Shown here: positions 35,415-49,889 of the stretch, piece by piece
Layout: every line of letters starts with the position of its first letter
How positions within the stretch are numbered: position 1 is the first letter of the stretch
Assembly: GCF_009914755.1 (NCBI RefSeq)
Contig: NC_060942.1
Source: the human T2T-CHM13v2.0 reference genome, Homo sapiens
DNA: 64,000 nucleotides
Reading direction: 5' to 3' (one strand)
Program-made: the position numbers and the translations under genes
Notes under the pieces: generated by a model
Seen by the model: the letters and a program-made list of their open reading frames with translations, nothing else
Database searches by the model: none
Told to the model about the DNA's origin: nothing

Positions 35415-36478
35415 GGAGGACAACTGAGGAGAAGACAAAGCAACCATAAACAGTCCTTGTTTCAGGGAGAGACGTGAGCAGGGCAGAGGCAGCCCTTCAG
35501 CAGCCGGGGCCTCTGCCGAACTCCTAGAACTGGCTAGGGTGAGAATGAGCCCTGAAATGTACAGAGTTCTTGCTGCTACAAGACTCTGGCAGGCCCACTG
35601 GCAGGAATGAGTGGCCCTGGCAGTAACTGTACATTCCCACCCCCTTGTAGCCTGGGGCAATCTCTTTTGGGCCTCCCATGATGATAAGCTGTCTCCTGAG
35701 CATTCCTGACTCTTCCAGTTCAACAATACCAATTTAGAGTTTCTAGCTGAGAACACACCTCTCCCAAAGGGCAGGCTGAAGGAACAGGATTATAAAAGGG
35801 TCATGACCTGCTAGAATGGAAACAAGTTTCCTACAGTTCTTGTGGCAGTGGCCCCCCAAGTTAGGGTTAAGGTTGCTCCCCGCCATCAATATAGCCCCCA
35901 GGATTGGATGGATTTGAGGAGATGGATTCTAGGAGCTTCTGAAATTAAGTGGAAATCTTTGGAAAAGTAAGAAAAGGGTTCCAGGGGAACCTTTTCAGTA
36001 CCCTTTGTAAAGGCCTGGAACATTCCATACTTGTATTCTATCTACACTTTAGACCCAGTCTTATCCCACAATAGTGTGGGACTCTTTCCACACTATGAGT
36101 CCATTGTGGGCTCATTTCCACAATGATCTTTTCCCTTTGTGAATTAATATAGCTCTAATAATATCAATGCACAGATTTAGCTTTAGCTCTCAATGGTCCT
36201 CTTTTTTAAAATTTAATTTTTTTATGTTTATGTTTTAGAGAAGATGTCTTGCTCTGTCATCCAGAACTAGAGTGCAGTGGAGCAATCATAGCTCACTGCA
36301 GCCTCGAACTCCTGGTCTCAAGTGATCCTCCTGCCTCAGCCTCCAGAGTAGCTAATAGGTATGGACCACTGCACCCAGCTCAATTGTCTTCTTATTGTTC
36401 TTTTCCTTTAAGTTATTCTTGTCTTTTTGTATTATAAATTCTAGAGTTAAATTAGCAGGGCATGGTGGTGCATGTCTA

Positions 36479-36592
<114 letters not shown>

Positions 36593-37129
36593 TCAAAAAT
36601 TTTTTTTAAATTAAAAAATAATAATAATAATAAATAAATTCTGGAGCTTTGTGTTTTCCTGGTTCCTGGTACACCAGGACTAGAAAATAGTTGGATTCGT
36701 GAATCAGTAAGAATCCACGAGTGTGTGTGTGTGTTAGACTGGCTTTCTTAGGCCACCAGAATGTTATAATTTGAGGATTCTATAAAACCTGGCTTGGGGG
36801 CCAGGTACGGTGGCTGACACCTGTAATCCCAGCACTTTGGGAGGCCGAGGCGGGTGGGTCATCTGAGGTCAGGAGTTTGAGACCAGCCTGACCAATATGG
36901 TGAAATCCCGTCTTTACTAAAATTACAAAAGTTAGTCGGGCATGATGGTGTGTGCCTGTAGTCCCAGCTACTAGGGAGGCTGAGACAGGAGAATTCCTTG
37001 AGCCTGGGAGGCAGAGGTTGCAGTGAGGAAAAAACAAAACAAAAAACCTGGCTTGGGAAGTCGAGACTGTGGTTAGCTGTGATCGCCACTGCACTCCAGC
37101 CTGGGCAACAGAGTGAGACCATCTTAAAC

Positions 37130-37160
<31 letters not shown>

Positions 37161-37925
37161 ATGTGACTCAACAAAAAGATCTCCCTCTCCCGAGCTGAGC
37201 TGCCTTACTCTTTGAAATTCCTACCCTGTATGCCACTCCTTGACTGCCTCTAGAGAAGTGTTTGTTTTAGACAGACAGAGTATTTTGTCACCTGGGAAGG
37301 GCAGTATATTAGCCAGCTACCACTCTAGTAAGAATTAGTTTCTGTAATTAATCGTTGTTAAGACATGGAGTATGGAAGCCTTAGAGATTGAGTCCTAGGC
37401 CAGGAAGGTTTGGTTATTGGAAGTGAGGAGGGGCAAAGAGGGCTAAGGTCCTGGGGCCTTGAATGATGAGAGAAGGCACTGGCTGGGTTTAAGAGGTCAT
37501 GAGCATAGCAGGGAAGGACACACCAAAGACAAACTTTGGGTTCATATATTTGCTTAGGTAAGGCTTCCTGTAGTGAAGGCAACTCATTCAGGAAACTGCT
37601 GTTTGTTTCTTTTTTCTTTTTTTGAAACAGGGTCTTACTGTGTTACCTAGGCTTAGCACAATGGTGAGATCATGGCTCACTGCAGCCCCAACATTCCAGG
37701 CCCAAGTGATCCTCACACCTCAGTCTCCAGAATAGTTGGGACTACAGGCACACACCATCATGCCCAGCTAATTTTTTTTGTAGAGATGACAGTGTCTCCC
37801 TATGTTGCCCAGACTGGTCTTGAACTCCTGGGCTCAAGCAATCCTTCCACCTCAGCCTCCCAAAGTGCTAGGATTACAGGTGTGAGCCACCTTGCTTGGC
37901 CTCTGATCATTTCACTAACAGGTCT

Positions 37926-39176
<1,251 letters not shown>

Positions 39177-39543
39177 GTCTTAGTTGTCTGCAGGCAGAGA
39201 CTGGCCGTATGCACCTTATATACCCCTCAGTCTGACTCAAAGTGCATGGGTGTGTGCTCTCTTGGGTTAAAGGGATAGGGCCAGATTTGCAGCTCACCCT
39301 CCAGCTTTACAGGCATCCTGGACTTGTGGTGGGCCTGGCCTCACTCTGTGAGGCCTCCCTGATATCCCAGGGATGGATTTAGGTAAGCCTCCCTGCAGAG
39401 CTGGCCTTCTGCCCTTCTGGTGACTCGAAGAACTAATGAAAGAAACCACCAGCAGAATTAAAAAGCTAGAACAGCTGTACTATGCACTTTAAGGACACAT
39501 TTCTCCAAAAAGTGAAGTTAGTACAAAGATGCCATTATGTTGA

Positions 39544-39750
<207 letters not shown>

Positions 39751-41302
39751 TAGTAGAGATAGGGTTTCACTGTGTTGGCCAGGATGGTCTCGATCTCCTG
39801 ACCTCGTGATCTGCCTGCCTCAGCCTCCCAAAGTGCTGGGATTACAGGTGTGAGCCACCGCGCCCAGATGGGACTCTTTAAAATACGATAGTGATCTCTG
39901 AGGTTGCTTCTAGGCTGGTGCTTACTGGTGGTTACCAGTAAATTATAGCTATCATGAATTGTGGAGCTTTTGAAAGCTGCCCAGAGACCTGTGGTCCTGG
40001 TGGTTTGTCGCCTGGCTGGTGGGGGCCCTCCTAGCCTGCTGTCCCCTACCTCCAACCAGGTTCTGTAAATCTCTTATTTGTCTTTCTCCTAGGGAGTCCC
40101 ATTCTATTTCCCCATGGCCTGGTGCCTTTGCACCGGACTCCTCAAGAGAAGACTCACATGAGATACTCTGCTTCATTTAATTTTAGGTTATTGTTGCTGC
40201 TGTCAGTCTATTGAAGTACTTTAATGAATGCTTGTATTGTTCTCCTGCCCGGAGTTTTTTCAGATGATCAGCACATTATAAAACACAATAATGAGTCTAA
40301 TTCCCCACCCCCAATACACAGACACGATGGCACTGCTAAGTCCCCCAGATATGTACAGTAGTGAAAAGAGTTTGGGATTTGGAGGAGCAAAATGAGGTTT
40401 AGTCCCTATTCTCCCATTTAGTGCTTGTGGCCTTGGGCAAGTCATTCATTCATTCATTCATTCACTCATTCAATAGGCATTTATTTGAAATCTTTTGGTG
40501 TCAGTTGTATAATCTCTGCAAAATGGTAGCAATACCCACCTAACCTAACTACCTTTCATGGCTGTTTAGAGGAGCTAATGAAATCCTCCTTATAAGAGGG
40601 TTCAAGTTAAGCTCTATATAAATGTACATTCTTGGCATGAATAAGCAAAAACACAAAAACAAAATTGGAGGGGAGGGGATAAGGGCCCAACACATGACCC
40701 TTATGTATCATTTGTATGAGAGACACACCTGTTTTGGAGTCTGGCTGTGCCCTGCACTTTCCTGATACCAGCCTTCCCTTATGCCAGACTTTGCCCAGAA
40801 TACCTTTCTCTTCATCTCTATCCGTGGAAGCTTTGCTCTTTCTCCAAGGCCCTAGTCAAAAGCTTCCTCTTCCAAGAAGTCCTTGGTGCTCTTGGGAATT
40901 AATTTCTCCATGCGACATGTCCCTATTCTGCATCGACCCCCTCTGCTATTGTGATGTGTTTCTAGGTTGAGCCCTGTTCTTAGACAGACAGCAGTAATCT
41001 TGAGGGAGGTGACCATGTTCTCTTCCAGGAATCCTGACTCCCTCCCTGACCTTTAGCCCATGTGACTTGCTTAGGTGAATTGTCTTCTCTGAGCCTAAGT
41101 TTCCTCCTCTGTAAAACCTACCTGTCCTGCTCATTGTCATGAGGATTATATGACAAGAGCCTAACAATGTGCCTTGTGGTTAGTGGGCAGGCTTCCAACG
41201 AATACCTTTAGAATAAAATCGAACAACACGCATCATTTGGCTCTCTTAATACCCACCTAGAGAAGACGGCCACGTAATCATGTGTGCATACAAGGAATGT
41301 TG

Positions 41303-41459
41303 GGATGGTCCCCACCTGGTAATATTTTCCCCACCCACTACTTTACCTGAAATGTCACCAGGAAAGATGAATTCCCATGGATTCCACCTCAGAGGCACTC
41401 CTTTATAATTCAAGACCCCTGGGAGAGGCAGAGCATGAAACCAACTCACCTTCTGGTGT
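41303..41459. repeat. Copy B of the 157-bp diverged duplication
   Basis: See copy A at 31601-31757. Confidence 0.9.
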
Positions 41460-41676
41460 CTGGGGGAATGGCCGCTTTGACTGCCACCTAAATAAAAGGT
41501 AGAGAGGGTCACACAGAAGGAAGGCAAGGAATCCTCATAAGAGATTTGCCCTATGACTGGTCTTGCTTAATATAACATATCCAGTTCAAACCACATATAA
41601 CATATTTGTTTAAAGTCAGGCCAGCCACAGTGGCTCATGCCTATAATCCCAGCTCTTTGGGAGGCCAAGTCAGGAG

Positions 41677-42449
41677 TGAGAGACAGGACTAGCTGGATTT
41701 CCTAGGCTGACTAAGAATCCCTAAGCCTAGCTGGGGAGGTGACCGCTTCCACCTTTAGACACGGGGCTTGCAACTTAGCTCACACCCGACCAATCAGATA
41801 GTAAAGAGAGCTCACTAAAATGCTAATTAGGTAAAAACAGGAGGTAAAGAAATAGCCAATCATCTATTGCCTGAGAGCACAGTTGGAGGGATAATGATCG
41901 GGATATAAACCCAGGCATTCCAGTTGGCAACTGCTACCCTCTTTGGGTGCCCTCCCTTGTATGGAAGCTCTGTTTTCACTCTTAAATCTTGCAACTGCAC
42001 TCTCTTCTGGTCCATGTTTGTTACGGCTGGAGCTGAGCTTTGGCTCGCCGTCCACCACTGCTGTTTGCCGCTGCTGCAGACCCGCCGCTGACTTCCATCC
42101 CTTGGATCCGGCAGGGTGTCCTCTGTGCTCCTGATCCAGCGAGGCGCCCATTGCCACTCCCAATCAGGCTGGAGGCTTGCCATTGTTCCTGCACAGCTAA
42201 GTGCCCGGGTTTGTCCTAATCGAGCTGAACGCTAGTCACTGGGTTCCATGGTTCTCTTCCATGACCTACGGCTTCTAATAGAGCTATAACACTGCATGGC
42301 CCAAGATTCCATTCCTTGGAATCCCTGAGGCCAAGAACCCCAGGTCAGAGAACAAAAGGCTTGCCGCCATCTTGGAAGCAGCCCGCTGTCATCTTGGGAG
42401 CTCTGGGAGCAAGGACCGCCCCCCCCCCCCCCCCCCCCCCGCCATAACA
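41677..42449 (+). mobile_element. HERV-W solo LTR (LTR17), 773 bp, inserted into an older Alu
   Basis: Starts TGAGAGACAGGACTAGCTGGATTTCCTAGGCTGACTAAGAATCCCTAAGCCTAGC and ends ...TAACA. 4-bp TSD GGAG at 41673-41676 and 42450-42453; Alu sequence resumes on both sides. Confidence 0.93.
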
Positions 42450-42882
42450 GGAGGATCACTTGAGGCCAGGAGCTCCAGACCAGCCTGGACAACATAGTGA
42501 GACCCTGTCTCTACAAAAAAAAAAAAAAAAATTTAGCTGGCCATGGTGGTATGTGCCCCTAGTCCCAGCTACTTAGGAGGCTAAGGTGGGAGGATTGCTT
42601 GAGCCCAGGAATCCAAAGTTACAGTGAACTATGATCATGCCATTGTACTCCAGCCTGGGTAACATAGAGAAACCTTGTCTCTAAAAACAATATAAAAATA
42701 AAAATAAATAGGCCAGGCACGGTGGCTCACGCCTGTAATCCTAGCACTTTGGGAGGCCGAGGCAGGTGGATCACCTGAGGTCGGGAGCTCAAGACCAGCC
42801 TGACCAACATGGAGAACCCCATCTCTAATAAAAATACAAAAAATTAGCCGGGCATTGTGGTGCATGCCTGTAATCCCAGCTA

Positions 42883-43029
<147 letters not shown>

Positions 43030-43046
43030 TCAAAGTTTTAGAATCC

Positions 43047-43851
43047 TGTATTTTTTTTTTCTGGTACCAGTTTTCTAATTCTCTGACAGCAAGTGAGTAT
43101 CCAAGCAATTCAGTTCAATTTAACGCAATTCTGACACTAACCACCCAGAGTTATTTCGAACCCCACAGGCTAAGGGCCCAGTACCACAAGGCTGCTCCCA
43201 CTTCAGATGCTAGCCACAAGTGAGGTGCCTGGGCTCCCATACTTACGTCTAGCAGATTGTGAATTTGGGGGTTCCCATGACCTCTCCCCCCTTAAATTCG
43301 ATAATTCACTAGCAGGGCTCACAACTCTGGAAAGTGCTTTCCTTACTAATACCAGCTTATTATAAAGGATTCAATTCAGGAACCTAAATGGGAGGTCCCG
43401 AGTTGGATCCTTTATAATATCCTTCCTTGCCTTAGGCAAGGAAGAAAGGCAGATGGTAGCTTTGAGCTTCCATGCCCTCTCCAGTGGGCCATCCTCCCAG
43501 CACCAACTGGAAACTCTCTGACACGTGGTTTTGGGGATTTTACTGAAGTTTCCTTGGCCTTTGGTGATTGAACTCAATCTCCAACCCCTCTTCCATCCTG
43601 GGAGGTTGTGGGTGGGGAGGGGGCTGAATGTTCCAACCCTCTCTCTAATCATATGGTTGGTTCCTGTGGTGACCAGCCCTCATCCAGAAGCTATATAGGG
43701 ACTCTCCAAGAGCCAGACTCAGGTGTGGCTGAAAGGAGCTCGTCCTGAATAACAAAGGACATTCCTACTACTCAGGAGATCCTGAGGCTCTTAAGAGCTT
43801 TGTGCTAGGAACTGGGGCAAAGACCAAATGCGTATTTTTTTATTCTACCAC
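43047..43851 (-). mobile_element. MER21-like LTR
   Basis: caattctgacactaaccacccagag...cccacttcagatgc...ctaggaactggggcaaagaccaaat...accaca matches recalled MER21 motifs. Confidence 0.65.
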
Positions 43852-45164
43852 AGATACCCTAATTTTGTCTTTACTTAAATACTGTAGTTTTGGGAGCTGG
43901 GGAGAGGAAGGTGAAGACAGTCTCTATAAAGCTGATGTTACAAGGGCTTTGAAGCTTTTACCAAGCCCTTTCTTCCAAAACAGTGTCTCAGCCAGTCGCG
44001 GTGGCTCACGCCTGTTATCCCAACACTTTGGGAGGACAAGGAAGGCGATCACTTGAAGTCAGGAGTTTAAGACCAGCCTGGCCAACATGGTGAAACCCTG
44101 TCTCTACTAAAAATACAAAAATTAGCTAGACGTGGTGGTGGGCGCCTGTAGTTTCAGCTACTTGGGAGGCTTAAGGGAGGAGAATAACTTGAACCCGGGA
44201 GGCAGAGGTTGCAGGGAGCTGAGATCATGCCACTGCACTACTCTAGCCTAGGTGACCGAGCGAAACTCTGTCTCAAAATAAAATAAAATTAAATACAATT
44301 AAAAATAAAAATAAAAAATAAATCCCAGGCTTCTTACGCTCTCATTCAATCCCCCAACTTCCCTTGAAGCCTTCTCTCTCCTCACTCCTCTGCTGTCCAG
44401 CTGCAGGCATCTGGCCCTTGGGTAGTTGTCCTCCAAATATCCCAGGGGCTTTTCTTTTCTTTTTGAGACGGAATCTCGCTCTGTCGCCCAGGCTGGAGTG
44501 CAATGGCGCCATCTCGGCGCACTGCACATTCTGCCTCCCAGGTTCACGCCATTCTCCTGCCTCAGCCTCCTGAGTAGCTGGGACTACAGGCACCTGCCAC
44601 CACTCCCGGCTAATTTTTTTGTATTTTTAGTAGAGACAGGGTTTCACCGTGTTAGCCAGGATGGTCTCGATCTCCGGACCTCGTGATCTGCCCGCCTCGG
44701 CCTCCCAAAGTGCTGGGATTACAGGCATGAGCCACCGCGCCCAGCATCCCAGGGGATTTTCTACCTCTTACCCACCCCTCCCACAAAGTCACTTCTCTCC
44801 ACACTTGTCCTTTCAATCACACAAACTCTTTTTGGCTGTCACATCTGCCAGGCTCTATGCTGGACACCAAGGGGGCAGTGAAGAAGGATGACCTGGCTCT
44901 GCCCTCAAGGCACTGAGTCTTCCTCCTTTTTAACCACCTGCAGGCAGGTTTCAGACACTCCCTGAGGCATTCCCCTACTGCCTTGTCTGCAGGGGTCCCT
45001 CCTTCCTCCTGGCTTCTAACCCACTTGGCACCTGGCACCACTTCCTTGTTTTGACATCCTTGTAGGTTTCGGAATCTTAGGTCTACTTCCTCCATTCACT
45101 ACACTTGCACTGAGTGTGTCTGGGGTCTCTCCGTGAGGCACTGAGCACGATCAGACAGCATGGA

Positions 45165-45183
45165 CCCCGCCCCCTGGCCGCTC
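45165..45183 (-). promoter_or_regulatory. Candidate CTCF motif (GAGCGGCCAGGGGGCGGGG on the minus strand)
   Basis: Close to the CCACCAGGGGGCGC consensus; lies in an L2-like remnant with retained CpGs. Confidence 0.4.
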
Positions 45184-45558
45184 GTCCCTCTGGTGTGTCC
45201 AATGAAAGCGAAAGAGAGCATGCAAAGCAGGAACACATGAGGGCACGTGTTAACAAGAAGACGGGTGCAGTAATGGGGAGTGTGGGTGCTAGTTTAAATG
45301 GGGTGTCAGAGGACCCTCTGCTCCACCCAGGAGGTCCCCCAAGGTCAGGCACTATGTCACACAGGGCAATTCTTTTCATTAAAATATGAGAGGCTTATAC
45401 ATACTTGTTAAATTTAAAAACTGTCCTTTGGGCCAGGCATGGTGGCTCATACCTGTAATCCCAACACTGGGAGGCCGAGGTGGGAAGATGTCTTGAGTCC
45501 AGGAGTTCAAGACCAGCCTGGGCAACATAGTGAGACCCTGTCTCTACAAACATTTTTA

Positions 45559-45604
<46 letters not shown>

Positions 45605-45904
45605 TTTAGAGGGAGTATCACTCTTGTTGCCCAGGCTGGAGTACAATGGCTCGATATCTTGGCTCATCACAACCTCCGCCTCCTGAGTTCAAGCGGTTCT
45701 CCTGCCTCAGCCTCCCGAGTAGCTGGGATTACAAGGATGCACCACCACACCCGGCTAATTTTGTATTTTTAGTAGAGACGGGGTTTCTCCATGTTGGTCA
45801 GGCTGGTCTCGAACTCCCGACCTCAGGTGATCTGCCTGCCTTGGCCTCCCAAAGTGCTGGGATTACAGGCATGACCCACCGCGCCCGGCTACAAAATTTT
45901 TTTA

Positions 45905-46150
<246 letters not shown>

Positions 46151-47025
46151 TCAGAACTTACAGACTTTCTAAATAGATGGAGTTTCAGGGGAATCACCTG
46201 GTTAGAAAGAGAGACTTGGAGCTGAGTTTCAGAGTACTTTACCCAAGACAGACCAGTCTTAATTGGCCAGCCCAGAGAACCAGGGTGGGGAGCTAGAGGT
46301 TTGTGGGGGAAAGGGGGCCCCCTCCCAGTCACCCTTGGCTACACTTTCATGGTATCCTTCTGCACTGTTCCATTCTGGTTCCACGTGAACCTGCTGCTCT
46401 GGAAAAATGAGTCTGTTGAGATGGAAATTTCACTGTATTTGACCACTGAGAGTCTGTGGCCTAGAAGGTGCTGGCCTGGAGTGCTGCCATCAGAGCGGCA
46501 GCCTCTTTCTAGAGCATTCTGTCTGAGCCGAGCATGGAGCTGAGAGCTGAAATCATGAGTCATTCTACCCTCACTCCTCCAGAGCCTGCAAGGGAGTACT
46601 GGGGGGTCATCCATGTCTGGCAGGCGAGGACAATGGGGCTCAGTGAGGTTACATAACTGCCTGAGGGTCACTCTGCTAGAGAGGTGGAACTCAGTCCAAT
46701 GTCACATCTGTCAAACCCCAGAGCCCCTGGTCCTGACAACTGTCTGATCTTCCACTACTCAGAGTCCTTAGAATGCTTCTGGATGTCCTTGTGTTGGAGG
46801 AGGCCATTTAATCCCATGGAATGACGCTGTGAGGCAGAGCGAGTCATGTTAACCCTGGAAGCGGTGACTTGTCTGAGGTTCTGTGGCTACTATTGTGCAG
46901 AAGGTCAGCATTTCCCCAGAGGCCACTGCCTTCTAGCAGGTCCTGGGCGATCCTAGTGGGTGCTGGCTATGGTGGGGGTGGGTGGTTACGTTGAGGGAGG
47001 CCAGGTTGCCCCTTCTTCTTTTTGA

Positions 47026-47274
<249 letters not shown>

Positions 47275-47392
47275 TGAGTAGCTGGGACTACAGGTGCCTG
47301 CCACCATGCCTGGATAATTTGTTTTTGTATTTTTAGTAGAGACGGGGTTTCACCACGTTGGCCAGGCTGGTCTCAAACTCCTGACCTCATGA

Positions 47393-47680
<288 letters not shown>

Positions 47681-47701
47681 TGAATTCCTGACCTCAGGTG
47701 A

Positions 47702-47899
<198 letters not shown>

Positions 47900-49889
47900 T
47901 AGGTTGCCCAATTCTTAGCAATCTGAGATGGAAGGGAGGGGGCAGCCCAGAGCCCAGAAATGAGGGTTCCCTCCCCTCGTCTCCCCCTACTTTCATCATC
48001 TCTAGAGTGGTTCTCATAATTGTGTCCATTTTACAGGGCAAATGGTAGAAGTAACCTGCTCAGTCAGGAGAGATCAGGTTACAGTCAAAGCCAGACCAGC
48101 CACGCCCTGATGCTACTGTCCAGGCCACCACAGCTGGCAGGTACCTGCTGCAGGCTTAGCCCCAGGCTAGGCGGTATATCAGGTGCAAAAAATGATGGTG
48201 AAGAGTGATTCTGACAGGCTTGGCTCTGGCCTCTAGGGCTATGACAGAAGTTGAGAGGATGACGAATATGGTTTAGTAGTAACCCTACAGATAGACCAAG
48301 GGCAGACATGTTTGTAGGAGAGTGTGTGTGAGCAGGGGAGTCCTGACCCACAGTGGAAGGCCAGGATGGAGGGGGTAATAAGGGTAGTGGTGACGGGGGT
48401 TGTGTCTGGGCTGAGCTGGTTTTATGGGAGAGATGGCATTTCAGGAGCTTGTAGAGCTAAGTATTGGATACACAGAAGACTTTGAGGCAGAAGTAGGATC
48501 CCTTCTGCTCCTACAGAAGAAGGGGAAGAAGCAAGTAACTGTACCATTTAATAATGGAAATATAGTAGTAATAAAAATATTAGTAATTAGGATATCAAAT
48601 GCCCTAGCCTCCAAAAATATACAAAGGCCATTCGACGTAGGAAATTGACTTATCGGTATTAAACAGGAGAAGGGGCTGGGTGCGCTGGCTTACACCTGTA
48701 ATCCCAGCACTTTGGGAGGCTGAGGTGGGTGGATAACCTGAGGTCAGGAGTTTGAGACTAGCCTGGCCAACATGGTGAAACCCCGTCTCTACTAAAAAAC
48801 CAAAAAATTAGCTGGGTGTGGTGGCGTGCACCTGTAATCCCAGCTACTCGGGAGGCTGAGGCAGGAGAATCGCTTGAACTCGGGGGCAGAGATTGCAGTG
48901 AGTCAAGATCGCGCCACTGAACTCCAGCCTGGGCGACAGAGCAAGACTCTGTCTCAAGAAAAAAACCAAAAAACCAAAACCAACCAACCAAACAAAAAAC
49001 AAAGAAACAACAACCACAAAGCAAAAAACAAAAAACAAAAAACAGGAGAAGGACCCAAGATGGTATCTCAGTAGTCAGGGTCCTACTTTAGTATTTCTGC
49101 AGCATTGATTAGATCAGACTGTCAAGGAATCTTTTAAAAACTCAATGTATTAGTCCACATTCATTCATTTCCAGACTGAAAGTTGTGATCTTAGTGTGAT
49201 TTTTCCTTTTCTTTTCTTTTTTTCCTGAAATAGGCTGGGCTCTTGTCACTACCCCATAACCTCTCAAATCCCTTGAGGACTCAGGTAGCAGAAAGTAAAT
49301 AAATGAATGAACGAGTGAAATAACATACACGGATAAACTACTTAGCTAGCACACACTACGTTCTCTGTGATTCTCAGTGAGGCAGTTGGTGGCTGTGGTT
49401 AAGAAAGTAAGCTCTGCCTGTGTTGGAATCCAACACTGCCACTTACTTGGATGTGTCATCTTGGGCAGGTCACTCTGTCCCTCAGTTTCCACCTTTGCAA
49501 TTTGGGACTAGTAACGCCATCCAACTCATAGGGTTGTTATGAGTTGTAATGAGGATTCAGTGGATTTAACCCATTTAAATGCAAGGTGCCTGGTATAATA
49601 AAATTATTTTCTTTTCTTAATTTATTCTTGTAGTTGGGGATGAAAAACTCGCACTCCTGTAGGCAGTCAGAAAAAATGAGTGAAGTGGGGGAACTAAGGG
49701 GCCTGGTCTGAAGGGGGAGACTGATATTTAGGGGAGTGCGGACCCAGTGGTGTGAGATTTTCAGAATCTCCTCTTGACGGGTCTCATCCGAGGTTCCAGC
49801 ACAGCTCTGTAAAGGTAAAGACCGTTTACATTTTCCTCCTCAAAGCTTTATTATTATTATTTTTCTTCTCAAAACACTGCTTTGCTTTG

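Noticed and set aside
33646-35730. Protein-looking minus-strand fragments (EYGLMFFLDTLRSLDVGLVLVGGMIC; PKEIAPGYKGVGMYSYCQGHSFLPVGLPESC)
   Set aside because: Not recognised as any family, not bounded by convincing splice sites, and short enough to be chance; not called as a pseudogene.
36064-36125. Short hairpin CCCACA-atag-TGTGGG and a nearby 18-nt imperfect repeat
   Set aside because: Too short to exceed chance expectation.
46333-46539. Minus-strand peptide ...CRSDGSTP...YSEISISTDSFFQSSRFTW... that superficially resembles an Ig C1 domain
   Set aside because: It lacks the second Cys and core Trp, the spacing is too short, and there is an in-frame TAG. Part of it reads better as a splice acceptor. 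An HMM search would be needed to revive the idea.
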